Numbered from the stretch's first letter, positions 1-11,581 are shown. The stretch is 64,000 nt of DNA from Escherichia coli (GCF_003334815.1 NZ_QOWO01000008.1), one strand, 5' to 3'. Program-made: numbers and translations. Notes: generated by a model not told the origin, from the letters alone.

Positions 1-75
1 GTTATCGTGAGAGTAATTCATCGGCACGTTAAATCATATCAGGCGTAATACCACAACCCTTAAGTTAGCGCTTAT
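1..75 (-). mobile_element. insL: IS186 terminal region (partial, continues beyond left edge): terminal inverted repeat plus start of transposase gene (ATG at 21 reading leftward, MNYSHDN...)
   Basis: Minus-strand reading of 1-75 gives CATAAGCGCTAACTTAAGGGTTG... followed by ATG AAT TAC TCT CAC GAT AAC, which I recall as the IS186 end and InsL N-terminus; junction abuts GGGGGTTTACCCC (77-89), the G-run/C-run target IS186 prefers. From memory, no search run. Confidence 0.6.
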
Positions 76-198
76 GGGGTAAACCCCCGGGCGCGTTCCT
101 TTATCAAGATGACGTTCGAATATTCCGGCAGGTGCAGTTTGTTTATTCCAGAAAGGCGTTGAGCGCGTATGAATATAATTCTGTGGGATTTGAAGCAT
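76..198 (-). pseudogene. yeaR: yeaR 5' fragment (codons 1-41 of DUF1971 protein) interrupted by IS186
   Basis: Minus-strand ORF from ATG at 198 translates MLQIPQNYIHTRSTPFWNKQTAPAGIFERHLDKGTRPGVYP, matching recalled YeaR N-terminus, then diverges into IS-derived sequence and stops at 34-36 (54 aa total vs about 119 aa expected). Confidence 0.5.
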
Positions 199-261
199 CC
201 TTTTCCCTCCTTCGGTGAATGCGCTGAAAACGGTTTATTCCAGCCGTTTCAGGGTACGCCT

Positions 262-288
262 GATAATTTGCATTTTAAATACCATTTA
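262..288 (-). promoter_or_regulatory. Candidate NsrR operator in yeaR promoter (AATTTGCATTTTAAATACCATTT, imperfect inverted repeat)
   Basis: Resembles the AAGATGCATTT-N-AAATACATCTT type NsrR box; lies about 65-90 nt upstream of the yeaR ATG. yeaR-yoaG is a known NsrR/NarL target. Confidence 0.3.
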
Positions 289-370
289 TTGGTTACTTTT
301 TAGCACCATATCAGTGAAGAATCAGGGAGGATTATAGATGGGAAGCCCGCGACAACGCGGGCTGAAAGCA

Positions 371-1078
<708 letters not shown>

Positions 1079-1135
1079 TTAGAAAGGAGAAAATCAGGTT
1101 TTAACCTGATATCAACCCGATAATTGAATCATTAA

Positions 1136-2059
1136 TCAGGCATGCTCCAGTGAAAAATTCGGGTAGTGCTCGGCAAAATACTGGCGTAAAAATTCTACCG
1201 TTATCCGCACTTTCGCTGACGTCGCCAGCCTTGAAACATAAACGGCCCAGACGTTCGCTGGCTGGTAATATTCCGGTAGCACTTGCACTAAATGACCACT
1301 GGCAATGTTTTCGCTAACATCCCACCAGGAACGCAGAGCAATCCCCTGCCCATCGAGACACCACTGATGGACAATTTCTCCATGATTAGACGACAGTGGG
1401 CCGGTGACTTTAATCGCATGGGGGCCTTCTTTATTGCGTAATTGCCAGACACCAAAAGGATGATCGCGCTCTTTAATGACCAGGCACGGCAATGCAGAAA
1501 GATCGGTTAAATGTTTCGGCGCGCCATGTTGCGCAATAAATTCCGGCGACGCGCAGAGAATACGGTAATTGGTCGCCAGTTTGCGGGCGATTAAATTAGG
1601 GGCGATGTCATCGCCAATGCGAATATCGAGATCGACACCTTCATTGACCAAATCGACCAGTCGGTCTTCCACATCAAAACGTAATTCCAGTTGCGGATAC
1701 GCCTTCGCCAGCGCTGATAACGCCGGAGCCACCACCTGTCGTCCAAAACCAAAGCTGCTGATAATACGCAGCATCCCCTGCGGCACCTGACGCACGTCAG
1801 AAAGTTCGTCCATCATCTGACCGACATCCTGCAAAATCCGCTGCGCCCATTCATAAATCCGCTCTCCTTCTTCGGTAATGGTGACGCGGCGGGTGGTGCG
1901 GTGTAACAACACCACGTTTAGCGTTTGCTCCAGCAAGGCGATGCGCTTGCTGACGAACGCCGGTGAAACGCCCAGTTCTTCCGCCACGGCGGCAAAACCA
2001 GCCCGGCGAGCCACCAGCATAAAGACGCGCAAATCATTCAGCAGCGGTAAATTATTCAT
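1136..2059 (-). CDS. dmlR: LysR-type transcriptional regulator of dmlA
   Basis: ORF 1136-2080; internal ATG at 2059 gives 307 aa (MNNLPLLNDLRVF...), HTH LysR N-terminus, divergent from dmlA. Confidence 0.88.
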   Translation of the reverse strand: MNNLPLLNDLRVFMLVARRAGFAAVAEELGVSPAFVSKRIALLEQTLNVVLLHRTTRRVTITEEGERIYEWAQRILQDVGQMMDELSDVRQVPQGMLRIISSFGFGRQVVAPALSALAKAYPQLELRFDVEDRLVDLVNEGVDLDIRIGDDIAPNLIARKLATNYRILCASPEFIAQHGAPKHLTDLSALPCLVIKERDHPFGVWQLRNKEGPHAIKVTGPLSSNHGEIVHQWCLDGQGIALRSWWDVSENIASGHLVQVLPEYYQPANVWAVYVSRLATSAKVRITVEFLRQYFAEHYPNFSLEHA

Positions 2060-2161
2060 GATTCGTGTTTTATGTTTCACCAGTTACGGGGATTAATTCC
2101 TTTTCAGTCAATTATAGGATGGTGATGTTGTCAATTTTGATGGTCAGGAAGTGAGAACCCA

Positions 2162-3247
2162 ATGATGAAAACGATGCGTATTGCTGCGATCCCGGGAGAC
2201 GGGATTGGCAAAGAAGTCCTTCCTGAAGGGATTCGCGTGTTACAGGCTGCCGCTGAGCGCTGGGGCTTCGCCTTGAGTTTTGAGCAAATGGAGTGGGCGA
2301 GCTGCGAGTATTACAGCCATCACGGTAAAATGATGCCGGACGACTGGCATGAGCAACTTAGCCGTTTCGACGCCATCTATTTTGGTGCCGTCGGCTGGCC
2401 GGATACCGTTCCGGACCATATTTCGTTGTGGGGTTCGCTGCTGAAATTTCGTCGTGAATTCGACCAGTACGTCAACCTGCGCCCGGTTCGTCTCTTTCCT
2501 GGCGTTCCCTGCCCGCTGGCGGGAAAACAGCCTGGCGACATCGATTTTTACGTGGTCAGGGAAAACACCGAAGGCGAATATTCCTCGCTCGGCGGTAGAG
2601 TGAATGAAGGTACAGAGCATGAAGTCGTCATTCAGGAATCGGTATTTACCCGCCGTGGTGTCGATCGCATTTTGCGTTATGCCTTCGAACTTGCGCAAAG
2701 CCGTCCACGTAAGACACTAACTTCTGCCACTAAATCGAACGGTTTAGCCATCAGCATGCCGTACTGGGATGAGCGAGTGGAAGCAATGGCCGAGAATTAC
2801 CCGGAGATCCGCTGGGACAAGCAGCATATTGATATTCTCTGCGCGCGTTTTGTGATGCAGCCGGAACGATTCGATGTGGTGGTGGCGTCCAATTTGTTTG
2901 GCGATATCCTTTCCGATCTTGGCCCGGCCTGCACCGGCACCATTGGCATTGCCCCATCCGCCAACCTGAATCCGGAACGCACTTTCCCGTCGCTCTTCGA
3001 GCCTGTCCACGGTTCCGCGCCGGATATCTACGGGAAAAATATTGCTAACCCTATCGCCACGATTTGGGCCGGGGCAATGATGCTCGATTTTCTCGGCAAT
3101 GGCGATGAGCGTTTCCAGCAAGCGCATAACGGTATTCTGGCAGCAATTGAAGAAGTGATTGCTCACGGGCCGAAAACACCTGATATGAAAGGCAATGCCA
3201 CCACGCCACAGGTTGCCGACGCGATTTGCAAAATTATTTTGCGTTAA
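2162..3247 (+). CDS. dmlA: D-malate / 3-isopropylmalate-type dehydrogenase (decarboxylating)
   Basis: 361 aa, isocitrate/isopropylmalate dehydrogenase family motifs; K-12 YeaU length. Confidence 0.92.
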   Translation: MMKTMRIAAIPGDGIGKEVLPEGIRVLQAAAERWGFALSFEQMEWASCEYYSHHGKMMPDDWHEQLSRFDAIYFGAVGWPDTVPDHISLWGSLLKFRREFDQYVNLRPVRLFPGVPCPLAGKQPGDIDFYVVRENTEGEYSSLGGRVNEGTEHEVVIQESVFTRRGVDRILRYAFELAQSRPRKTLTSATKSNGLAISMPYWDERVEAMAENYPEIRWDKQHIDILCARFVMQPERFDVVVASNLFGDILSDLGPACTGTIGIAPSANLNPERTFPSLFEPVHGSAPDIYGKNIANPIATIWAGAMMLDFLGNGDERFQQAHNGILAAIEEVIAHGPKTPDMKGNATTPQVADAICKIILR

Positions 3248-3267
3248 GGTCAAACCAGTTTATTTGA

Positions 3268-3293
3268 ACCGCGTCACTGACGCGGTTTTTTTA
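3268..3293 (+). terminator. Intrinsic terminator after dmlA
   Basis: Hairpin AACCGCGTCACTGACGCGGTT followed by T7 run. Confidence 0.6.
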
Positions 3294-3437
3294 TTCGTTC
3301 TTTGCAGTAAATAACCTGCGTCATTTCACCTTTTATTGTTTCCGTTTCGTGTTTTATGGCTTTCCGTATTCTTAATTGTTTAATTTATGTAACATGCAAA
3401 TTTTGTTACGCGTACGTTAGGTTCCGCCGTACAGGTA

Positions 3438-4883
3438 TTGGTTTTGCTGGCAATGGGACTGGTGATTTATTTAGCCACCAGTAAATACGGCAATATTCGT
3501 CTTGGCGAAGGAAAACCGGAATACAGCACGCTCTCCTGGCTGTTTATGTTTATTTGTGCCGGTTTAGGTTCTTCTACGCTTTATTGGGGGGTTGCTGAAT
3601 GGGCCTATTATTATCAAACACCTGGATTAAATATCGCACCGCGTTCACAACAGGCACTCGAATTTAGCGTTCCCTACTCTTTCTTCCACTGGGGCATCAG
3701 CGCCTGGGCAACTTATACGCTGGCCTCATTAATCATGGCTTATCACTTTCATGTGCGGAAAAACAAAGGTCTGAGCCTTTCCGGCATTATTGCTGCTATT
3801 ACCGGCGTTCGCCCGCAAGGCCCATGGGGAAAACTGGTCGATTTGATGTTCCTGATCGCCACTGTCGGCGCACTGACCATTTCCCTTGTTGTTACCGCAG
3901 CAACCTTTACCCGTGGGCTTTCCGCGCTGACCGGTTTACCCGATAACTTCACCGTGCAGGCATTTGTGATCCTGCTTTCCGGCGGCATTTTTTGCCTAAG
4001 CTCGTGGATTGGTATCAACAACGGTTTGCAACGTCTGAGCAAAATGGTTGGCTGGGGCGCGTTCCTGCTGCCATTACTGGTGCTGATTGTCGGCCCAACC
4101 GAATTTATTACCAACAGCATCATCAATGCCATCGGCCTGACCACGCAAAACTTCCTGCAAATGAGCTTATTCACCGATCCGCTTGGCGATGGTTCATTTA
4201 CCCGCAACTGGACCGTTTTCTACTGGCTGTGGTGGATCTCATACACCCCTGGCGTAGCAATGTTTGTCACCCGCGTTTCCCGCGGTCGTAAGATTAAAGA
4301 AGTTATCTGGGGACTGATCCTCGGCAGCACCGTCGGTTGCTGGTTCTTCTTTGGCGTAATGGAAAGCTATGCCATTCATCAGTTTATCAATGGCGTAATC
4401 AACGTCCCACAGGTGCTGGAAACACTGGGCGGCGAAACAGCTGTACAGCAAGTTCTGATGTCGTTGCCAGCCGGTAAATTGTTCCTCGCCGCATACCTGG
4501 GCGTGATGATTATTTTCCTTGCCTCGCATATGGATGCAGTGGCCTACACCATGGCGGCGACCAGTACGCGTAATCTCCAGGAAGGTGACGATCCTGACCG
4601 TGGGCTGCGTCTTTTCTGGTGCGTGGTGATCACTCTGATCCCGCTTTCCATCTTGTTTACCGGTGCTTCGCTGGAAACGATGAAAACCACCGTCGTGCTC
4701 ACAGCCCTTCCCTTCCTCGTCATTTTACTGGTGAAAGTCGGCGGGTTTATTCGCTGGCTGAAACAGGATTACGCCGACATTCCGGCTCATCAAGTTGAAC
4801 ATTATCTCCCGCAGACACCGGTTGAAGCCCTGGAAAAAACGCCAGTGCTCCCTGCGGGAACCGTATTCAAAGGCGACAACTGA
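3438..4883 (+). CDS. yeaV: BCCT-family transporter (carnitine/betaine-type)
   Basis: 481 aa polytopic membrane protein with BCCT signature region; precedes yeaW-yeaX. Confidence 0.88.
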
Positions 4884-4914
4884 GCGCCATCATCCTAACG
4901 ATAAAGGTATCCCT

Positions 4915-6039
4915 ATGAGCAATCTGAGCCCTGACTTTGTACTACCCGAAAATTTTTGCGCTAACCCGCAAGAGGCGTGGACCATTCCTGCCCGTTTTTA
5001 TACCGATCAGAACGCGTTTGAACACGAAAAAGAGAACGTCTTCGCCAAAAGCTGGATTTGCGTCGCTCACAGCAGCGAACTGGCGAATGCCAATGATTAT
5101 GTGACGCGTGAGATCATTGGCGAAAGCATCGTGCTGGTACGCGGTCGTGATAAGGTTTTGCGCGCGTTCTATAACGTGTGTCCGCACCGTGGTCATCAGT
5201 TGTTGAGCGGTGAAGGAAAAGCAAAAAATGTGATTACCTGCCCGTATCACGCATGGGCATTCAAACTCGATGGCAACCTGGCCCATGCACGTAACTGCGA
5301 AAACGTCGCCAATTTCGATAGCGACAAAGCGCAACTGGTTCCGGTGCGTCTGGAAGAATATGCCGGATTCGTCTTCATCAACATGGACCCCAACGCCACC
5401 AGCGTAGAAGATCAATTACCCGGCCTGGGCGCGAAAGTGCTGGAAGCCTGCCCGGAAGTCCACGATCTGAAACTGGCGGCCCGCTTTACCACCCGCACGC
5501 CTGCCAACTGGAAGAACATTGTCGATAACTATCTCGAGTGCTATCACTGTGGTCCGGCGCATCCAGGTTTCTCCGACTCCGTACAGGTTGATCGTTACTG
5601 GCACACCATGCACGGTAACTGGACGCTGCAATACGGTTTCGCCAAACCGTCCGAACAGTCGTTTAAATTTGAAGAGGGTACGGATGCGGCATTCCACGGT
5701 TTCTGGCTGTGGCCGTGCACGATGCTGAACGTCACCCCGATCAAAGGGATGATGACGGTCATTTATGAATTCCCGGTGGATTCTGAAACTACCCTGCAAA
5801 ACTACGATATTTACTTCACCAATGAAGAGTTAACCGACGAGCAAAAATCGCTGATTGAGTGGTATCGCGATGTGTTCCGTCCGGAAGATTTACGTCTGGT
5901 TGAAAGCGTACAGAAAGGGCTGAAATCGCGTGGCTATCGTGGTCAGGGGCGCATCATGGCCGACAGTAGCGGTAGTGGCATTTCCGAACATGGTATCGCC
6001 CATTTCCATAATCTGCTGGCGCAGGTGTTTAAGGACTAA
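4915..6039 (+). CDS. yeaW: Rieske (2Fe-2S) oxygenase subunit, carnitine monooxygenase CntA-like
   Basis: ORF-track start 4795 is an extension; ATG at 4915 (MSNLSPDFVLPENF...) gives 374 aa; Rieske motif CPHRGHQL...CPYHAW present. Confidence 0.88.
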   Translation: MSNLSPDFVLPENFCANPQEAWTIPARFYTDQNAFEHEKENVFAKSWICVAHSSELANANDYVTREIIGESIVLVRGRDKVLRAFYNVCPHRGHQLLSGEGKAKNVITCPYHAWAFKLDGNLAHARNCENVANFDSDKAQLVPVRLEEYAGFVFINMDPNATSVEDQLPGLGAKVLEACPEVHDLKLAARFTTRTPANWKNIVDNYLECYHCGPAHPGFSDSVQVDRYWHTMHGNWTLQYGFAKPSEQSFKFEEGTDAAFHGFWLWPCTMLNVTPIKGMMTVIYEFPVDSETTLQNYDIYFTNEELTDEQKSLIEWYRDVFRPEDLRLVESVQKGLKSRGYRGQGRIMADSSGSGISEHGIAHFHNLLAQVFKD

Positions 6040-6094
6040 TGACATCGGCGGCGGTATTTTCCGCCGCTGGGCTGATTTTTGATGGAGTACAGCA

Positions 6095-7060
6095 ATGTCA
6101 GACTATCAAATGTTTGAAGTACAGGTGAGCCAGGTTGAACCCCTTACCGAACAGGTGAAACGCTTCACGCTGGTGGCAACCGATGGCAAACCATTACCTG
6201 CGTTTACCGGAGGAAGTCACGTCATTGTGCAGATGAGCGATGGTGATAACCAGTACAGCAATGCGTATTCACTACTGAGTTCGCCGCATGACACCTCTTG
6301 TTATCAGATTGCCGTTCGGCTGGAGGAAAACTCGCGCGGCGGTTCCCGCTTTTTGCATCAGCAGGTAAAAGTGGGCGATCGGTTAACGATTTCAACGCCT
6401 AATAACCTGTTTGCGCTAATTCCCTCAGCCAGAAAGCATCTGTTTATCGCGGGCGGTATTGGTATCACCCCTTTCCTGTCGCACATGGCAGAGCTGCAAC
6501 ACAGCGACGTCGACTGGCAGCTACATTACTGCTCGCGAAATCCAGAAAGTTGCGCATTTCGTGATGAGCTAGTCCAGCATCCGCAGGCTGAGAAAGTCCA
6601 TTTGCATCATTCATCAACCGGAACACGACTGGAATTAGCGCGATTATTGGCGGATATCGAACCTGGCACACACGTTTATACCTGTGGCCCCGAGGCGCTA
6701 ATTGAAGCGGTAAGAAGTGAAGCTGCGCGTCTGGACATCGCCGCCGATACGCTGCACTTTGAGCAATTTGCTATCGAAGACAAAACCGGCGATGCATTTA
6801 CCCTGGTGCTTGCCCGTTCCGGAAAAGAGTTTGTGGTGCCGGAAGAGATGACTATTTTGCAGGTTATTGAAAATAATAAAGCCGCGAAAGTGGAATGTTT
6901 ATGTCGTGAAGGGGTATGCGGAACCTGCGAAACAGCAATACTGGAAGGTGAAGCTGACCATCGGGATCAATATTTTAGCGATGAAGAGCGTGCCAGCCAG
7001 CAAAGTATGTTGATCTGTTGTTCGCGTGCGAAGGGTAAACGCCTGGTGTTGGATTTGTAG
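6095..7060 (+). CDS. yeaX: Ferredoxin-NAD(P) reductase subunit with C-terminal 2Fe-2S ferredoxin domain, CntB-like
   Basis: 321 aa; FMN/FAD reductase fold plus C-terminal CxxxxCxxC...C ferredoxin motif (CREGVCGTCE). Confidence 0.88.
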   Translation: MSDYQMFEVQVSQVEPLTEQVKRFTLVATDGKPLPAFTGGSHVIVQMSDGDNQYSNAYSLLSSPHDTSCYQIAVRLEENSRGGSRFLHQQVKVGDRLTISTPNNLFALIPSARKHLFIAGGIGITPFLSHMAELQHSDVDWQLHYCSRNPESCAFRDELVQHPQAEKVHLHHSSTGTRLELARLLADIEPGTHVYTCGPEALIEAVRSEAARLDIAADTLHFEQFAIEDKTGDAFTLVLARSGKEFVVPEEMTILQVIENNKAAKVECLCREGVCGTCETAILEGEADHRDQYFSDEERASQQSMLICCSRAKGKRLVLDL

Positions 7061-7063
7061 TTT

Positions 7064-7108
7064 GCCGAAGCCGGATGTGGCGCTGAGCGCGCCCAGTCCG
7101 GCTTCGGA
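7064..7108. repeat. REP-like palindromic element between yeaX and rnd
   Basis: GCCGAAGCCGGATGTGGCGC...CCAGTCCGGCTTCGG imperfect palindrome resembling REP consensus. Confidence 0.4.
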
Positions 7109-7113
7109 AGATT

Positions 7114-8241
7114 TTACTGCGGATATTCCTGCAATAAATTGTGTAATGCTTCCGCCATCAGCTCACCACGCCAGCCGGAAATCAGCTCCGGCAAATTGTT
7201 CTGCGGTTTCAGTTTCCATTGCCAGTTCAGCAGTTGGTTGATTTGCCGACGCGATGCCAGCAATTCGGCGCTGATCTTATGCGTTTCGCTCACGTCAGTA
7301 ATCAGCGACTTAATCGCTTTAAACGCTTTACGATAACCCGGCATGTCCATCAGGTTAAGCATCGGCTGCGGTAAGGCATCTTCCGGCAATGTCTGCGCTT
7401 TTTCCACCAGCGCTAGCAGCGTTTTACCGTGAAAGCGGATTTCGCTACCGGATAAACCCAGGCTGTCCAGTTCGCCTAAACTTCCCGGCATATAACGCGC
7501 TACCGACCACAAATGCTCTTCACGCACGACAAAGTTCACCGCCAGATCGCGCTCTCGCGCCTTGCGCAGTCGCCAGTCGGCTAACAGTTGCAGACAGGCC
7601 AGTTGGCGTGTGCGTAATTGCCAGGCATTGGTGATATCACGCCAGGCATCTTCCGGCGCAACGACTTCCTGACGACGCATTTGCATCAGGCGGCATTCAT
7701 CCAGCGCCGCAGGTAGCCAGCCGGAGGCCTCCGTTTCTACCATAAGCTTGGCGGTGATCGGTAACAGATACCAGACATCCGCCGCTGCGTATTCACACTG
7801 ACGTTCGGTCAGCGGTCTGGCCAGCCAGTCGGTGCGCGATTCACTCTTGTCCAGCGTAACGCCGGAATACTCTTCCACCATGGAAGCGAAACCCCATGAC
7901 ATCGGGCGTCCGCAGAAGGCAGCAAGGATTTGCGTGTCAATCAAGGGTTGTGGTAATTCGCCAAAGACATTGAGGAACACTTCCAGATCTTCACTGCCTG
8001 CATGGAGAAATTTTGTGATGGACGGATCGCGCAGGATCGCTTTCAGCGGTGACCAGTCGGTGATCCCGAGTGGATCGATTAGCGCCAGATGCTCGCCATC
8101 GAAAAGTTGAATCAACCCCAGCTGCGGGTAATAAGTGCGCGTACGAACAAATTCAGTATCCAGGGCTATCGCCGGAAAGGCACGGACGGCTTCACACAAA
8201 GAAGCCAGCGCATCGTCCGTGGTAATCATTTGGTAATTCAA
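7114..8241 (-). CDS. rnd: Ribonuclease D
   Basis: 375 aa, 3'-5' exonuclease (DEDDy) plus HRDC domains; K-12 length. Confidence 0.93.
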   Translation of the reverse strand: MNYQMITTDDALASLCEAVRAFPAIALDTEFVRTRTYYPQLGLIQLFDGEHLALIDPLGITDWSPLKAILRDPSITKFLHAGSEDLEVFLNVFGELPQPLIDTQILAAFCGRPMSWGFASMVEEYSGVTLDKSESRTDWLARPLTERQCEYAAADVWYLLPITAKLMVETEASGWLPAALDECRLMQMRRQEVVAPEDAWRDITNAWQLRTRQLACLQLLADWRLRKARERDLAVNFVVREEHLWSVARYMPGSLGELDSLGLSGSEIRFHGKTLLALVEKAQTLPEDALPQPMLNLMDMPGYRKAFKAIKSLITDVSETHKISAELLASRRQINQLLNWQWKLKPQNNLPELISGWRGELMAEALHNLLQEYPQ

Positions 8242-8244
8242 ATT

Positions 8245-8335
8245 GTTTTCTCTTTAGTGGGCGTCAAAAAAAACGCCGGATTAACCGGCGTCTGGCGTCT
8301 GACGACTGACTTAACGCTCAGGCTTTATTGTCCAC
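8245..8335 (-). ncRNA. sroD: Candidate SroD small RNA (fadD 3' region / rnd upstream)
   Basis: Recalled from the literature as lying between rnd and fadD; exact ends not verifiable here. Overlaps the fadD terminator hairpin. Confidence 0.25.
8266..8290 (-). terminator. Intrinsic terminator downstream of fadD
   Basis: Palindrome CGCCGGATTAACCGGCG with a U8 run on the minus strand (A8 at 8264-8271 on plus). Confidence 0.55.
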
Positions 8336-10003
8336 TTTGCCGCGCGCTTCGTCACGTAATTCTCGTCGCAAAATTTTTCCGACGTTAGATTTCGGTAACT
8401 CATCACGAAACTCCACCAGCTTCGGTACTTTGTATCCCGTGAGCTGACGGCGGCAAAAAGTCACCAGTGACTCTTCGGTAAGCGATGGATCTTTTTTCAC
8501 TACGAAGATTTTCACCGCTTCACCACTGGAGCCGGAAGGTACGCCAACAGCCGCGACTTCCTGTACGCCAGGATGCTGCATGACGACATCTTCAATCTCG
8601 TTGGGATAGACGTTAAAACCGGAAACCAGAATCATGTCTTTTTTACGATCGACAATGCGCAGGAATCCTTCTTCATCCATTACCGCGATGTCGCCGGTGT
8701 GTAACCAGCCATTTTTGATGATTTCATCGGTAGCATCGGGACGCTGCCAGTAACCCAGCATCACCTGCGGTCCTTTGACACAAAGCTCACCCGGTTGACC
8801 TGGTGGTACTTCATTATCATCATCATCCACCAGTTTGGCTTCCGTCGACGGCACCGGCAAACCGATGCTACCACTATGATAATCAATATCATATGGGTTA
8901 ACGCTGACCAGCGGCGCACACTCGGTAAGGCCATAGCCTTCCAGCAGATACTGTCCGGTCAGTTTCACCCAACGCTCTGCCACCACTTGCTGCACTGGCA
9001 TCCCACCGCCTGCGGAAAGATGCAGACTGGAGAAATCCAGCTGCTGGAACTCTTTATTGTTCAGCAACGCATTGAACAAGGTGTTAACGCCCGTGATAGC
9101 GGTAAACGGATATTTCGCTAACTCTTTTACCAACCCTGGAATATCGCGCGGGTTAGTGATAAGCAGGTTCTGCCCACCCAGTTCGATAAACAGCAGGCAG
9201 TTAATGGTCAGGGCAAAAATGTGATACAGCGGCAGCGCCGTCACCACCAGCTCTTTGCCCGGATGCAACAGCGGACCATAGGTCGCGTTAACCTGTTCCA
9301 GGTTCGCCAGCATATTGCGGTGAGTCAGCATCGCGCCTTTCGCCACACCAGTGGTGCCGCCGGTGTATTGCAGAAAAGCTAAATCTTCCGGCACCAGTTC
9401 GGGTTTGACGTACTGCATCCGGTAGCCGTTATGCAGTGCGCTACGAAATGAAATGGCATCTGGCAGATGGTATTTCGGCACCAAACGCTTGATGTATTTA
9501 ACAACGAAATTGACTACCGTGCCTTTTGCCGTAGATAGCTGATCGCCCATACGGGTCAGAATTACGTGCTGAACGGCGGTTTTATCAACCACTTTTTCCA
9601 GTGTGTGAGCAAAGTTAGACACGATAACAATCGCCGATGCGCCGCTATCGTTAAGCTGATGCTCAAGCTCACGCGGGGTATACAACGGGTTAACGTTTAC
9701 GACGATCATCCCGGCACGCAAAATGCCAAACAGCGCCACCGGATATTGCAATAAATTAGGCATCATCAACGCAACGCGATCGCCTTTCTTCAGCCCCAAC
9801 CCTTGTTGCAAATAAGCGGCAAACGCGCGACTGCGTTCTTCCAGCTTGCGGAAGGTCATTACCTCCCCCATATTCACAAACGCAGGTTGATCGGCGTAGC
9901 GCGCGACCGACTGCTCAAACATATCTACCAGAGATTGATAACGGTCAGGGTTGATCTCCGTCGGAACGTCCGCGGGATAACGGTTAAGCCAAACCTTCTT
10001 CAA
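8318..10003 (-). CDS. fadD: Long-chain fatty acid-CoA ligase
   Basis: AMP-binding enzyme; 561 aa from TTG at 10003 ([10 protein letters not shown]...), ORF-track 583 aa form is an upstream extension. Confidence 0.9.
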
Positions 10004-10207
10004 TTCTTCACCTCTAAAATGCGTGTTCGTCGTCATCGCAACCCCAAATGATATACATGCCGTTAACATAATATTAACTCATCATACCAGCTTGATAATT
10101 ACCCAACGAAAAGGTTGCGAAGCGCGTCACTATTTATTTTTATCTTTACCGTAAGAATGCAGAAACAGCGGACCAGCCGCTGTTTCTTTTTCTTTAAAAA
10201 CAAGCAA

Positions 10208-10789
10208 TTATTCAGTTACAACTGTTTGTACTCTCGCGGGGCCGGGATTATACCAGCCCCATCCGCCGTAGCCATAGGGCCAGCCACGACCGCCATAAAA
10301 CCATGGATCAATCGGCTGAGGCGGCATAATCACCTGCTGGGTTAAATGCCAACGTTTGTAACCCGTTACTTGCATCACCATAAATTTATAGGGCGTATTG
10401 CCGATTTTGCCGTCAACCGCACCAGTGATTGGCCCGACTACCGTAACCAGTTGTCCACGGAAATCCACCGGGTCCAGAAAACCGTTCACATCGGCATAAA
10501 TGCGACCGCGAGAAGGTTCTCCCAGCGTCGGTCTGGCTCCGCTGTCCAGCGGTACGGTAGCAATTTCCAGGCGAGTTTTCCCTTGCTGGTTTTGTACCGC
10601 AACCACTTTGCCACCAAAGCGTGCCTCCTGACCAACGTACAGCTGCGGCGCACTCATCACCCGAACTAAATCTTGTTGCGGCGTGGGACTGCTGCCTTTA
10701 ATGGCGTCCGGCACAGTGACACAACCGCTCAGCATTAGCGCAAACGTACCTGCCAGTATGCCTTTGATAACATTCTTTTGAACCGCCAT
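10208..10789 (-). CDS. yeaY: Slp-family outer membrane lipoprotein
   Basis: 193 aa, lipoprotein signal with lipobox (LMLSGC), Slp-like. Confidence 0.85.
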
Positions 10790-10828
10790 GGTGCGACTCC
10801 TTTTTTTCTCAGGGCATACTCTTAAGAT

Positions 10829-11524
10829 TCATTCTTTGCCCGGAAGTTTCTTCCATGCGACGTTGTTACGTAAATAAACCGGTTCGGCATGTTCCACCGC
10901 CACCGTTTTACCCTCAGCAAACATCTGACACGCAATCGGCAGCATATCTTCAGCAGCAGGCAGTAACACTTCGCCATCGCGCAAAACCAGCCCGCTCTCT
11001 TTACCGAGATCCGGCCAAGCTTGCCAGCCCGTCCCTACCGTCACCCATTCGCCGGAAAGCTGTTGCATTCGTTCATGGACGATTTCGGGTTTGAGTACGG
11101 CTTCGGTTTCTTCACCGTGCCAGATACCGTTTTCATCACGCTGATATTCGGCCCAGTAAACTTCGCCCATTCGCGCGTCAATGGCTGCCAGCACGCGGGT
11201 TGCGCCGTTTTTGCGCCACGCCCCTTGCGCCATCGTCATTAGCGTGGAGACGCCAATCATCGGTAATTCCGCGCCAAGCGCCAGCCCTTGCGCGATGCCA
11301 ATACCAATGCGCACGCCAGTAAAGCTACCGGGGCCGCGCCCGTAAGCCAGAGCGTTAATATCAGTCAGGGAAGTTCCGCTGGTGGTCAGGATATCCTGCA
11401 CCATCGGTAAGATTCGTTGAGTATGTTCACGAGGGCAAAGCTCAAAATGAGCGTTGACAGTACCGTCGTTCCACAGGGCGACAGAGCAGGCCTCTGTCGC
11501 GGTATCGATAGCCAGAATTCGCAT
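10829..11524 (-). CDS. tsaB: tRNA threonylcarbamoyladenosine biosynthesis protein TsaB
   Basis: 231 aa, inactive Kae1/YgjD homolog family ([17 protein letters not shown]...). Confidence 0.93.
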   Translation of the reverse strand: MRILAIDTATEACSVALWNDGTVNAHFELCPREHTQRILPMVQDILTTSGTSLTDINALAYGRGPGSFTGVRIGIGIAQGLALGAELPMIGVSTLMTMAQGAWRKNGATRVLAAIDARMGEVYWAEYQRDENGIWHGEETEAVLKPEIVHERMQQLSGEWVTVGTGWQAWPDLGKESGLVLRDGEVLLPAAEDMLPIACQMFAEGKTVAVEHAEPVYLRNNVAWKKLPGKE

Positions 11525-11581
11525 GGGTCTTCGTGCTTAGATCAATAAAAAGGCGCGCATCATACCATACTCCGTAACAAA

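Noticed and set aside
4795-4914. N-terminal extensions in ORF-track entries (yeaW, dmlR, fadD, yoaB, yoaC, pdeD, yebQ, prc, msrC, yebT, yebV, yebW, holE, exoX, yebF, pykA, znuA, mntP)
   Set aside because: Internal start codons with plausible SD sequences reproduce the recognised protein N-termini and K-12 lengths. The extensions run into upstream intergenic DNA or regulatory sites.
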